From the NCBI GenBank assembly GCA_036272895.1, contig DATAXW010000001.1, forward strand, positions 1,409 to 65,408: a stretch of 64,000 nt of DNA. Direction: 5' to 3'. Of the stretch, positions 9,871-19,916 are shown in pieces. Positions within the stretch are counted from its first letter, which is position 1. Each line of letters opens with the position of its first letter. Origin of the DNA: Acidobacteriaceae bacterium (GTDB lineage Bacteria; Acidobacteriota; Terriglobia; Terriglobales; Acidobacteriaceae). A program made the translations under genes and the position numbers. The notes under the pieces are model-generated. The model saw only the letters and a list, made by a program, of their open reading frames with translations, did not search any database and was not told the DNA's origin.

Positions 9871-12123
9871 CTACACCACGCTCGAGACCAGCAGGTCCTC
9901 GATGCGCACCGGCAGCTCGCGCACACGCACGCCCGTCGCGTGATACACCGCGGCCGTAATCGCCGGCGCCACACCCGCCAGGCCGATCTCCCCAATTCCC
10001 CGCGCGCCGTACTCTCCCATCATCGGGTCCGGAATCTCCAGAAAGTGCACATCGATCTGCGGCGCGTCCGCGCTCGTGGCCACAAGATAGTCCGCATAGT
10101 TGTCGTTCACCGGATGGCCGTTGCGCGGATCATAGATCGTATGCTCCAGCAGCGCCATGCCCACCCCCATCACCACCGCGCCCGCAATCTGGTTCGTCCC
10201 CGTCTTTAAATTGATGATGCGCCCACCGTCGATCACCGTCACCATGCGATTCACGCGCAGCCGCGCAATCTCCGGCTGCCACTCCACCTCCGCAAACTGT
10301 GCTCCAAATGAATGTGTCGAATAATCCCGTGCCTTCGTATCGGATCCCAACCCCCCGCTTCGCCCCACGCCGCTCGCATAGCCAACCTTCGCCTGCCGCA
10401 GAATCTCCGCAAACTCCACGCCGCTCTCCGGCGTCTGCTCCTTCACATGCACGCGTCCGTTCGTCATCGCAAGCTCCTCCGGCCTGCGCTGATAAAACGC
10501 GCTTCCCTTCGACCGCGCCGCAATTGTCAGCACCGATCGCACCGCCTCATTCGCAGCCGCCGCCACCGCCGGCATCACCGTCGCCGTCAGCGTCGAGCCG
10601 CCCGAGGTCGCCCCCGGAACCAGTGACGAGTCGCCCAATACGACCTCGATCTTGTCGATAGGTAATCCCGTCTTGTCGCTCGCCACCTGCGCCATCACCG
10701 TGTACGTGCCCGTCCCAATATCCTGCGCCGCCGAGCTCACTCGTGCCGTCCCATCGTCGCGAAGAATCACCGTCGCCTGGCACGATCCCCGCCACGCACC
10801 CCACGACGCCGCGGCCACGCCCCACCCCAGCACGGCGCCGCCTTGCCGCATCGAACCCACCTTCGGCGTTCGCTTTTGCCACCCAAACCGCTCCGCCCCC
10901 ACCTGCAAGCACTCCTTTAAGTGCCGCGACGAAAAAGGCTTCCCATTGCTCTCATCCGTCAGCGTGTCATTCTTCAGTCGCAGCTCCACCGGATCCATCT
11001 TCAGCTTGATCGCCAGCTCATCCATCGCCGACTCCAGCGCATACAACCCCGGCACCGCTCCCGGCCCGCGCATCGGCGCCGGCGTTCCCAGCGTCCTCCG
11101 CACCAGCGCCGAGCTCACCGTCAGGTTCGGCGTACTGTACAAAAACGGCGTCGCCTCTCCGCAGTTCTCCCGGTAATCATCCAGCAGCGAGGTGATGTTG
11201 CGATAGCGCTGCTCCAGCGAAACCAGCCTCCCGTCCGGCGTCGCTCCCAGCCGGATCTGCTGCTGCGTCCGCGGCCGGTGCCCCACATCGTAAAACATCA
11301 TCTTCCGCGAAAGCGTCAGCTTCACCGGCCGTCCCAGCTTCCGCGATGCCGCCGCCGCCAGCGCCGAATGCGGCCACGGAAACAGCTTGCCGCCAAACCC
11401 GGACCCGATAAACCGGGAGATGACCTCGACATTCTCTCTCGGCACGCCCAGCACCTGCGCCATCGTCTCCAGATGATTCACCACGCCCTGCGTGCACTCA
11501 TACAGCAGGAAGCGCTTGCCGTCCCACCGCGCCACCGTTCCGTGCATCTCCATCGGATTGTGCGTCTCCGCCGGCGTGCCGTACGTCTCATCCACCTGCA
11601 CCGGCGCTCCCGCGAACCCCTTGTCCGTATCGCCGCGCTTGCTCTCCACCTTCGACTTCACATTCGCGTCATCAAGCTTCGTCGCGACGTTCGGCTTCTC
11701 CTCGTCATACGTCACCCGCACCGCCGCCGCGCCGGCCTGCGCCTGCTCAAATGTCTTCGCCACCACCAGCGCGACGTACTGCCCCCAGTACGAGATCACA
11801 TCATCCTCAAACGGTGGCCTCTCTTCGCTGATCACCGAACTTCTCGGCGCAATCCGAAACAGCGGACCGATATTCCCCTGATGCAGCACCAGCAGCACGC
11901 CCGGCATCGCCTCTGCCCGGGACGCATCCAGCGATCGAATCTTGCCGTGCGCAATCGTGCTCGTCACCGGAACCGCATACACCAGACCCGGCAGGTTATA
12001 GTCCGTGGCATACATCGCCGTGCCCGTCGTCTTCCGCGGCCCATCCACGCGCGGCACCGCCGCTCCAATCACCGGCGAGAACTGCGCCTGTCCCGCATTC
12101 GGCTTCACATTCGCATCCTGCAT
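9871..12123 (-). CDS. paoC: Aldehyde oxidoreductase molybdopterin-binding subunit (xanthine dehydrogenase family)
   Basis: RVDGPRKTTGTAMY, HNPMEMH, GSGFGGK, MRGPG, QDIGTG, GARGIGEIG. A GTG at 12138 overlapping the paoB stop is an alternative start. Confidence 0.9.
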   Translation of the reverse strand: MQDANVKPNAGQAQFSPVIGAAVPRVDGPRKTTGTAMYATDYNLPGLVYAVPVTSTIAHGKIRSLDASRAEAMPGVLLVLHQGNIGPLFRIAPRSSVISEERPPFEDDVISYWGQYVALVVAKTFEQAQAGAAAVRVTYDEEKPNVATKLDDANVKSKVESKRGDTDKGFAGAPVQVDETYGTPAETHNPMEMHGTVARWDGKRFLLYECTQGVVNHLETMAQVLGVPRENVEVISRFIGSGFGGKLFPWPHSALAAAASRKLGRPVKLTLSRKMMFYDVGHRPRTQQQIRLGATPDGRLVSLEQRYRNITSLLDDYRENCGEATPFLYSTPNLTVSSALVRRTLGTPAPMRGPGAVPGLYALESAMDELAIKLKMDPVELRLKNDTLTDESNGKPFSSRHLKECLQVGAERFGWQKRTPKVGSMRQGGAVLGWGVAAASWGAWRGSCQATVILRDDGTARVSSAAQDIGTGTYTVMAQVASDKTGLPIDKIEVVLGDSSLVPGATSGGSTLTATVMPAVAAAANEAVRSVLTIAARSKGSAFYQRRPEELAMTNGRVHVKEQTPESGVEFAEILRQAKVGYASGVGRSGGLGSDTKARDYSTHSFGAQFAEVEWQPEIARLRVNRMVTVIDGGRIINLKTGTNQIAGAVVMGVGMALLEHTIYDPRNGHPVNDNYADYLVATSADAPQIDVHFLEIPDPMMGEYGARGIGEIGLAGVAPAITAAVYHATGVRVRELPVRIEDLLVSSVV

Positions 12124-12134
12124 CGCCTGCTCCC

Positions 12135-13133
12135 TCACGCACTCACTGTCGTCAACGCATGCACCAGGCAGCGCTTTGCCAACTCCACCTTGAAGCCGTT
12201 CTCCGACTGTGGCCGCGCATTTTTCAGCGCCGCCTCCGCCGCCCGCACAAAATGAATCCGGTCCGCCGGCTTGCCCTCCAGCTCCGCCTCCGCCTCGCGC
12301 GCGCGCCACGGGATCGTCCCCACCCCGCCCAGCGCTACCCTCGCATGCCGCACCGTCCCGCCACTCACGCCCAGCACCACCGCCGCAGAAGCCAGCGCAA
12401 ACTCATAGGCCGCGCGGTCTCGCAGCTTCAGATACAGCGACCTCGTCCCCTCCACCGGCGCAGGCAATCTCACACTCGTAATCAGATCTCCCGGCTCCAG
12501 CACCGTCTCAATATTCGGTGTCTCGCCCGGCAGCCGGTAAAACTCTCCAATCGCAACGCTGCGCTCGCCGCGCACTCCTTGAATGTGCACCATCGCCTCC
12601 AGCGCCATCAACGCCACGTTCTGGTCCGACGGGTTCGACGCAATGCAATGCTCGCTCGTCCCCAGAATCGCCATCATGCGGTTGTAGCCTCCAATCGCAT
12701 CGCACCCGCTTCCCGGCTCGCGCTTATTGCACCGGTGCGCCAGGTCGCGGAAGTACACACATCGCGTCCGTTGCAGCAGATTCCCAGCCGTCGTCGCCAT
12801 ATTGCGAATCTGCGGTGAGGCTCCCGAAAGAATCGCCTGCGACAGCACCGCATAGTCCCGCTGCACCACCGCATGGTTGGCCACATCGGAGTTGCGCGTC
12901 AGCGCTCCCAGCCGCAATCCGCCCTCCGGCAGCGCCTCAATCCTGTCCATCCGCAGCCCATTGATGTCCACCACCTGCCGCGGTCGTTCCACATCCAGCT
13001 TCATCAGGTCGACGAGGTTCGTCCCACCGGCCACAAACCTTACCGTCGCGCCCATCTGCGCTGTCGCACTCTTCGCCGCCGCCGCGGTAGCCTGCGCATC
13101 GTCCGTCGCACTTACGAAACTAAACTGCTCCAT
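12135..13133 (-). CDS. paoB: Aldehyde oxidoreductase FAD-binding subunit with 4Fe-4S insertion
   Basis: AGGTNLVDLMK, SGASPQIRNMATTAGNLLQRTRCVYFRD...CNKR..GSGC, YLKLRDRAAYEFAL. Confidence 0.92.
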   Translation of the reverse strand: MEQFSFVSATDDAQATAAAAKSATAQMGATVRFVAGGTNLVDLMKLDVERPRQVVDINGLRMDRIEALPEGGLRLGALTRNSDVANHAVVQRDYAVLSQAILSGASPQIRNMATTAGNLLQRTRCVYFRDLAHRCNKREPGSGCDAIGGYNRMMAILGTSEHCIASNPSDQNVALMALEAMVHIQGVRGERSVAIGEFYRLPGETPNIETVLEPGDLITSVRLPAPVEGTRSLYLKLRDRAAYEFALASAAVVLGVSGGTVRHARVALGGVGTIPWRAREAEAELEGKPADRIHFVRAAEAALKNARPQSENGFKVELAKRCLVHALTTVSA

Positions 13134-13150
13134 ACTCGCGTCTCCAGCTC

Positions 13151-13825
13151 TTACGCCTGCCGCCGAACCTGCTGCACCGCCGCCACAATATTCGGGTACG
13201 CTCCGCACCGGCAGATATTCCCGTACATTCCGTGCTTCACGTCCTCATCCGTCGGCCCGCACCCCTCCTTCAGCAACGCCGTCGCCGACATAATCTGCCC
13301 CGACGTGCAGTACCCGCACTGAAACGCATCCTGCTCCACAAAGGCCGCCTGCATCGGATGCATCTTCTCCGGCGTCCCCAGCCCTTCGATCGTCGTAATC
13401 TCATCCCGCTGATGCATCACCGCAAAGCTCATGCATGAAAGCACCCGCCGCCCGTTCACATGCACCGTGCATGCTCCGCACTGCCCGTGGTCGCATCCCT
13501 TCTTGGTCCCGGGTATAGTGAGGTTCTCGCGCAGGCAATCCAGCAGCGCCACTCGCGGCTCCACGCGCAGCCTCCGCTCCACCCCATTCACCCGCAACAC
13601 AATCGGCACCGTGGCTGACGCCGCCTCGCCTTCATCAGACTGCCCCACCGCCGGTGGCCCAGCCTCCACGACCGCGGCCAGCAGTGGCTGCGCCGTCGCC
13701 ACCACGCCCGCCGCCCCCATGCCCGAAAGAAACGACCGCCGGCTAACGCGCGACGCCCTCTTCTCCTCGGCCATCTCCTCGCTGCTTACTTCCCTCTTCT
13801 CATCTCGCCCGGAACCAGCCGCCAT
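13151..13825 (-). CDS. paoA: Aldehyde oxidoreductase 2Fe-2S subunit with Tat signal
   Basis: SRRSFL Tat motif; GTKKGCDHGQCGACTV, QCGYCTSGQ, CRCGAY; AGGAGG upstream of ATG 13825. Confidence 0.92.
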   Translation of the reverse strand: MAAGSGRDEKREVSSEEMAEEKRASRVSRRSFLSGMGAAGVVATAQPLLAAVVEAGPPAVGQSDEGEAASATVPIVLRVNGVERRLRVEPRVALLDCLRENLTIPGTKKGCDHGQCGACTVHVNGRRVLSCMSFAVMHQRDEITTIEGLGTPEKMHPMQAAFVEQDAFQCGYCTSGQIMSATALLKEGCGPTDEDVKHGMYGNICRCGAYPNIVAAVQQVRRQA

Positions 13826-14016
13826 CCATCTCCTCCTCGCCACAACTTCTGGAGACTCTGCGCTTATTCTGCTGTCAACAGGCAGCGAAAAGCAAAAAGG
13901 CCAATTACTTTATTCGCTATCCTGAAACGCAGCTGCCCTGGCGTAGTCAAACTCACTCGCATCTAAAGCGAAGAAACGAAAACGTCGAAGAAGCAAAAAA
14001 CGTGGAGCTCTCCTGA

Positions 14017-15291
14017 ATGCCACAGCTCGCGGCGCACGTTCTTCTCATCTGCATCGTCGCCGCCAGCATCCTCCTGATGCTCCTCCGTCCCCGCGGCATC
14101 GCGGAGGTCTACTGGGTCGGCGGCGGCGTCCTTCTGCTTCTCGCCCTTCGACTCATCCCGCTCCATCTCGCCGCCCACGCCGCGGCCAAAGGGACTGACG
14201 TCTATCTCTTCCTCGCCGGCATGATGCTGCTCTCCGAGCTCGCGCGCGAGACCGGCATCTTCGACTGGATCTCCTCCATCGCCGTCCGCCACGCTCGTTC
14301 CTCCGGCCGCCGCCTCTTCTTTCTGCTCTATCTCGCTGGCATCTGCGTCACCGTCTGCATGTCCAACGACGCCACAGCCGTTGTCCTCACGCCCGCCGTT
14401 CTCGCCTCCGTTCGCCGCGCCCGCATCGATCCGCTCCCCTTCCTCTTCGCCTGCGCCATGGTCGCCAACGCCGCCTCCTTCGTCCTTCCCATCTCCAACC
14501 CCGCCAACCTCGTCGTCTTCCACTCGTCACTTCCCCCGCTCCCTCAGTGGCTGATCGCCTTTCTCGTTCCATCCGTCCTCTCCATCGCCACTACCTTTGC
14601 CGTGCTCCGCTTCTACTTCCGTCGCCAGCTCCACGCATCGATCGCAACCGATCTCCAGCCCGCCGAACTCTCGTCCGACGGCAAGCTCGTTCTCATCGGC
14701 ATCGGCCTCGTCGTCGCCGTTCTTCTCATCGCCTCGGCCTTCGGCAAAGATCTCGGTCTCCCCACCCTCCTCGCGGCGCTCGCCATCACCGCTGTCTCCG
14801 TCCTCCACAGCCGAGTCAATCCGCTCAGGCTCGCTAAAGAGATCAGTTGGGCCACGCTCGCCCTCGTCGCCGCGCTCTTCATCATGGTCGACTCCGTCGA
14901 GAGCGCCGGCGCACTCTCGCTCACCCACTCCGCCTTTCTCTACGTCCAGCGCCTCGGCCCATCCTCAGGAGCCTTTCTCACTGCCTTTACCGTCGGCGTC
15001 GGCAACAACCTCATCAATAACCTGCCCATGGGCCTGCTCGCCGCCAATACCCTCTCCATCACCCACGCCCACGGCCTGCTCGCCAACACGGTCCTCATCG
15101 CCGTCGATCTCGGCCCCAACCTCGCCGTCAGCGGATCGCTCGCCACCATCCTCTGGCTGCTCGCGCTCCGCCGCGAAGGCCTCAACGTCCGTTTCCGGGA
15201 TTTCCTCAAGGTCGGGATCTTCGCCATGCCCGCTGCCCTGCTCCTCAGCATCGCCGGCCTTCTCAGCCTGCACTCTCTGCTGTCAAAATAA
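14017..15291 (+). CDS. ArsB/NhaD-family (ion transporter superfamily) membrane protein
   Basis: About 12 hydrophobic segments; SNDATAVVLTP, PISNPANL, INNLP, DLGPNLAVSGSLATILW motifs. No other ars genes nearby. Confidence 0.85.
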   Translation: MPQLAAHVLLICIVAASILLMLLRPRGIAEVYWVGGGVLLLLALRLIPLHLAAHAAAKGTDVYLFLAGMMLLSELARETGIFDWISSIAVRHARSSGRRLFFLLYLAGICVTVCMSNDATAVVLTPAVLASVRRARIDPLPFLFACAMVANAASFVLPISNPANLVVFHSSLPPLPQWLIAFLVPSVLSIATTFAVLRFYFRRQLHASIATDLQPAELSSDGKLVLIGIGLVVAVLLIASAFGKDLGLPTLLAALAITAVSVLHSRVNPLRLAKEISWATLALVAALFIMVDSVESAGALSLTHSAFLYVQRLGPSSGAFLTAFTVGVGNNLINNLPMGLLAANTLSITHAHGLLANTVLIAVDLGPNLAVSGSLATILWLLALRREGLNVRFRDFLKVGIFAMPAALLLSIAGLLSLHSLLSK

Positions 15292-15437
15292 GAAGATTCA
15301 GTGGGCCGCCGGACGCCGCCCGCCATCAGCCACTCTGGCTTCCGTCGCGCACAGCATTTTTGCATCGTGTGCCATGTCGGCGGAATCACATCCAGATACG
15401 TCTCTGCATGGGTTCAGAGTTAACAGGAGATATCTGC

Positions 15438-16688
15438 ATGGCGGGAACGAAGAGGCGGACGCACCGTCGATCTGCAACATCTTTCAGCATGGCCGCCGGT
15501 GCCGCCGCAATTTTGTTGCCTGTGCTTCTCTGCGGCTGCAGCAGCAAGCCCTCCGCTCCGCCGCGCGGCGCCATGGGTCCTCTGCCCGTCGGCGTTGTCA
15601 CTGTCCAGCAAGCCGACGTCCCCCTCACCGGCGAGTGGGTCGGCACCCTCGACGGCTACGTCAACGCGCAGATTCAGCCCCAGGTCAGCGGCTATCTCAT
15701 CCGTCAGGACTACCGCGAAGGTTCCGTCGTCAGCAAGGATCAGGTCCTCTTCGAGATCGATCCACGCCCCTTCGAGGCCGCGCTTCAGCAGGCTGAAGGA
15801 CAGCTCGGCCAGGCCCAGGGACAGGTCGGCCAGGCCCAGGCGCAGCTCGGCCTCGCTCAGATTAACGTGAACCGCGACACGCCTCTGGCCGCCGAGCACG
15901 CCATCGCGCAGAGCCAGCTCGACAACGACAAGCAGCAGGCCGCGCAGACCGGCGCCTCCGTTCGCGCCGCACAGGCCGCCGTCGCCACCGCGCAGGCCAA
16001 CATCGCCACCGCCAAGCTCAATCTCGGCTTCACCAAGGTCCGCTCGCTCATCTCCGGCATCGCCGGCCAGGCCACCATCCAGGTCGGCAACCTCGTCAGC
16101 CCGCAGTCCGTGCTCACCTCCGTCTCGCAGCTCGACCCCATCAAGGTCTACTTCTCCATCAGCGACGACGAGTATCTCGAGCTCACCCACCGCGCCGAAC
16201 AGGCCGGCGGCGACCTCCTCCACAACTCCGGCAACCTTGCCCTCAGCCTCACCCTCGCCGACGGCACTATCTTCCCCCACACCGGCCGCATCATCTTCGT
16301 CGACCGCCAGATGAACCAGCAGACCGGCGCCATCCGCATCGCCGCCGAGTTCCCCAACCCCGGCAACGTCCTTCGCCCCGGCCAGTTCGCCCGCGTCAAA
16401 GCGCAGACTCAGGTCCTCCACAACGCGCTGCTCGTCCCGCAGTCGGCCGTGCAGGAGCTCCAGGGCATCGAGCAGGTCTACGTCGTCGGCGCCGACAATC
16501 ACATCCACGTCGCCAACGTCACCCTCGGCCCGCAATACCAGAACGACTGGGTCATCACCAGCGGCCTCCAGCCCGGCCAGCAGATCGCGATCGACAATCT
16601 GCAGAAGCTTCGTGACGGCGCTCCCGTCAGTCCGCATCCCGCCCCCAATCCCTCTCCTTCCACAGCACCCACGGCGGCCGGGAGGTAA
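15438..16688 (+). CDS. RND efflux periplasmic adaptor (membrane fusion lipoprotein)
   Basis: Lipobox LLCGC; IQPQVSGYL, LFEIDPRPF, LRPGQFARV; AGGAGA upstream of ATG 15438. Confidence 0.93.
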   Translation: MAGTKRRTHRRSATSFSMAAGAAAILLPVLLCGCSSKPSAPPRGAMGPLPVGVVTVQQADVPLTGEWVGTLDGYVNAQIQPQVSGYLIRQDYREGSVVSKDQVLFEIDPRPFEAALQQAEGQLGQAQGQVGQAQAQLGLAQINVNRDTPLAAEHAIAQSQLDNDKQQAAQTGASVRAAQAAVATAQANIATAKLNLGFTKVRSLISGIAGQATIQVGNLVSPQSVLTSVSQLDPIKVYFSISDDEYLELTHRAEQAGGDLLHNSGNLALSLTLADGTIFPHTGRIIFVDRQMNQQTGAIRIAAEFPNPGNVLRPGQFARVKAQTQVLHNALLVPQSAVQELQGIEQVYVVGADNHIHVANVTLGPQYQNDWVITSGLQPGQQIAIDNLQKLRDGAPVSPHPAPNPSPSTAPTAAGR

Positions 16689-16691
16689 CGG

Positions 16692-19600
16692 ATGTCAGGA
16701 TTCTTCATCCGGCGCCCCATCGTCGCCATCGTCATCGCCATCCTGACCGTGATCCTCGGCATCGTCTCGATGCTGAGCCTGCCCATCTCGCAGTACCCGG
16801 ACATCATCCCGCCCGAGATCAACGTGCAGGCCACCTACCCCGGTGCCGACGCCAAAACCCTGCAGCAGTCCGTCGCCACGCCCCTCGAGCAGCAGATGAA
16901 CGGCGTCGACAACATGCTCTACATGTACTCGGTCAGCGCCAACAACGGCCAGGCCACGCTCTACGTCGACTTCGACGTCAAGACCAACCCCGATACCGAT
17001 CAGGTCCTCTCCCAGCTTCGCGTCTCCCAGGCGCAATCGCAGCTTCCTCCGCTGGTCAACACCGCCGGTGTCACCGTCCTTAAATCTCTTCACTCTCCGC
17101 TGCTGTTCGTCAGCCTCAACTCGCCCGGCGGAAAATACGACGCTCAATTCCTCACCAACTACGCCATCATCAACCTGCAGGATGAGATTACCCGCGTTCC
17201 CGGCGTCAGCCGCGTCCAGATCTTCGGCGGCCAATACGCCATGCGCATCTGGGTCCAGCCCGACAAGATGGCGCAGCTCGGCGTCACCGCCACCGATGTC
17301 ATCAACGCTTTGCAGGCGCAGAACAACGTCTATCCCGCCGGTCAGATCGGTGGCGAACCAGTTCCGCAGGGCCAGCAGTTCACCTACACCGTTCGCACGC
17401 AGGGCCGCCTCATCACGCCCGAGCAGTTCGGCAACATCATCCTGCGCTCCAACCCCGACGGCTCCGTCCTCCACCTCAGCGACGTCGCGCGCATCGAGCT
17501 CGGCACCCAGATCTACAACCTCACCGCCCGCTACAACGGCGCGCCCTCCGGTGTCATGGCCATCTATCAGCTGCCCGGATCCAACGCCGTCGAGGTCGCC
17601 CAGCGCGTTCGCCAGCGCATGAACGAGCTCGCCAAACAAATGCCCGCGGGCATGAGCTACAACATCCCCCTCGATACCACCAAGGCCGTCACCGCCGGCA
17701 TTCACGAGATCGTCGAGACCCTGCTCATCGCCCTCGCGCTCGTCATCCTCGTCGTCTACATCTTCCTGCAGGGATGGCGCGCCACCATCATCCCGCTGAT
17801 GGCCGTGCCCGTCTCGCTCATCGGCACCTTCATCATCTTTCCCGCGCTCGGCTTCACCATCAATACCCTCTCGCTCTTCGGTCTCGTGCTCGCCATCGGC
17901 CTCGTCGTCGATGACGCCATCATCGTCGTCGAAGCCGTCGAGCACCTCATCGACCAGGGCCTCAGCCCGCGCGACGCCACCATCACCGCCATGAAGCAGG
18001 TCGGCGGCCCCGTCGTCGCCGTCGCCGTCATCCTCGCGGCCGTCTTCATTCCCACCGCCGCCATTCCTGGCATTACCGGCCGCCTCTATCAGCAGTTCGC
18101 CATCACCATCGCGATCTCCGTCCTCATCTCCGCCTTCAACGCGCTCACGCTCAGCCCCGCGCTCGCCGCGCTTCTGCTCAAGCCGCGCGATCCCAACCGC
18201 CGCCGCGGCCCGCTCGCCCGCTTCTTCGCCTGGTTCAATAAATTCTTCAACCGCACCACCGACAGCTACGTCTCCACCTCCAGGGTCCTCATCCACAAGT
18301 CCGGCTTCGCGATGCTCGCGCTCGTCATCGTCGCTCTGCTCGACGTCTTCATGGGCTCGAAGCTGCCCACCGGCTTCATCCCTCAGGAAGATCAGGGCTA
18401 TATGTTCGTCGCCCTGCAGCTGCCCGACGCCTCCAGCCTGCAGCGCACCGACGACGCCGCGCAGCAGGTCACGCACGCGCTGCTCCAGACCCCCGGCATC
18501 CAGAGCGTCGTCGCCGTCAACGGCTTCAGCCTTCTCACCCTCACCCAGAGCACCAACACCGCCTTCTTCTTCGTCACCCTCAAGCCCTGGGATCAGCGCA
18601 GCTCGCATCAGGAGCAGCTCACCTCCATTCAGTCCAGCGTGCAGCGCAAGCTCGCCGGCGTCAGCCAGGGCATGGCCTTCAGCTTTCCGCCGCCCGCCAT
18701 TCCCGGCATCGGCACCTCCGGCGGCGTGACCATGGTCGTGCAGGATCGCTCCGGCAACGACGACCCAGCCTTCCTCACCCGCAACCTCTACGCCTATCTC
18801 GGCGCCATCTCCAAACGCAAAGAGATCGCGGCCGCTATCCCGTCCTATCTTCCCGCCGTCCCGCAGCTCTACGCCGACGTCGATCGTGAAAAAGCGCTGC
18901 AGCAGCAGGTCTCACTCGACGACATCTACACCACCATGCAGACCTTCATGGGCGGCTATCTGGTCAACTACTTCAACCGCTTCGGCCGCCAGTGGCAGAC
19001 CTACGTCGAAGCCGAAGGCACCTCGCGTACCAGCATCAAAAATATCGATGAGTTCTACGTGCGCAGCGCCAACGGCAGTCAGGTTCCGCTCGGCTCGCTG
19101 GTCCACGTCAAGCAGATCACCGGCCCCGAGTTCCTCCTGCGCTACAACGAGTTCCCCTCCGCGCAGCTCAACATCACCGGCGCTCCCGGCTACAGCTCGG
19201 GTCAGGTCCGCGCCGCGCTCGAACAGGTCTTCAGCCAGACCATGCCCTCCGGCATGGGCTACGCCTACTCCGGCATGAGCTTCCAGGAGCAGCAGGCCGA
19301 GCAGGGCATCCCGCCCTGGGTCGTCTTCGGCCTCTCCATCCTCATCACCTTCCTCATCCTCGCCGCGCTCTACGAGAGCTGGTCGCTTCCCTTCAGCGTT
19401 CTGCTCTCCACGCCCGTCGCCATCCTCGGCGCGTATCTCGCCATCTCCATGCGCTCGCTCGAAAACGACATCTTCGCCACCATCGGCCTCATCATGCTCA
19501 TCGGCCTCTCCGCGAAGAACGCCATCCTCATCGTCGAGTTCGCGGTCAACAACTACAAACAGGGCCAGAGCATCTCCGATGCCGCCCTCGCCGCCGCTCG

Positions 19601-19916
19601 TCTCCGCTTCCGTCCCATCATCATGACGGCCTTCGCCTTCATCTTCGGCTGCCTCCCGCTGTGGATCGCCTCCGGCTCCGGCGCGGTCTCGCGGCAGATC
19701 CTTGGCACCGTCGTCATCGGCGGCATGCTGCTCGCCACCGTCTTCGGCATCCTGCTCATCCCCGTCAGCTTCTCGGTCGTCGAGTACATCTCGCACCGCT
19801 ACCGTCACGGCGGCAAAGGCACCACGATGGACTCCAAACACGACCTCGACCCGCGCGAACTGGGAGCCGCCGCCGGCCCCGCGCCCGAAGCGCACAGCGA
19901 AGGAGGCCGGCACTAA
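16692..19916 (+). CDS. RND efflux inner-membrane transporter (HAE1, AcrB-like)
   Basis: FFIRRPIVA, LVLAIGLVVDDAIIVVE, KNAILIVEFA, RFRPIIMT; 1074 aa. Confidence 0.96.
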   Translation: MSGFFIRRPIVAIVIAILTVILGIVSMLSLPISQYPDIIPPEINVQATYPGADAKTLQQSVATPLEQQMNGVDNMLYMYSVSANNGQATLYVDFDVKTNPDTDQVLSQLRVSQAQSQLPPLVNTAGVTVLKSLHSPLLFVSLNSPGGKYDAQFLTNYAIINLQDEITRVPGVSRVQIFGGQYAMRIWVQPDKMAQLGVTATDVINALQAQNNVYPAGQIGGEPVPQGQQFTYTVRTQGRLITPEQFGNIILRSNPDGSVLHLSDVARIELGTQIYNLTARYNGAPSGVMAIYQLPGSNAVEVAQRVRQRMNELAKQMPAGMSYNIPLDTTKAVTAGIHEIVETLLIALALVILVVYIFLQGWRATIIPLMAVPVSLIGTFIIFPALGFTINTLSLFGLVLAIGLVVDDAIIVVEAVEHLIDQGLSPRDATITAMKQVGGPVVAVAVILAAVFIPTAAIPGITGRLYQQFAITIAISVLISAFNALTLSPALAALLLKPRDPNRRRGPLARFFAWFNKFFNRTTDSYVSTSRVLIHKSGFAMLALVIVALLDVFMGSKLPTGFIPQEDQGYMFVALQLPDASSLQRTDDAAQQVTHALLQTPGIQSVVAVNGFSLLTLTQSTNTAFFFVTLKPWDQRSSHQEQLTSIQSSVQRKLAGVSQGMAFSFPPPAIPGIGTSGGVTMVVQDRSGNDDPAFLTRNLYAYLGAISKRKEIAAAIPSYLPAVPQLYADVDREKALQQQVSLDDIYTTMQTFMGGYLVNYFNRFGRQWQTYVEAEGTSRTSIKNIDEFYVRSANGSQVPLGSLVHVKQITGPEFLLRYNEFPSAQLNITGAPGYSSGQVRAALEQVFSQTMPSGMGYAYSGMSFQEQQAEQGIPPWVVFGLSILITFLILAALYESWSLPFSVLLSTPVAILGAYLAISMRSLENDIFATIGLIMLIGLSAKNAILIVEFAVNNYKQGQSISDAALAAARLRFRPIIMTAFAFIFGCLPLWIASGSGAVSRQILGTVVIGGMLLATVFGILLIPVSFSVVEYISHRYRHGGKGTTMDSKHDLDPRELGAAAGPAPEAHSEGGRH

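Noticed and set aside
14017-15291. Arsenic-resistance operon
   Set aside because: Only an ArsB/NhaD-family transporter is present; no arsR or arsC, so the substrate cannot be assigned.
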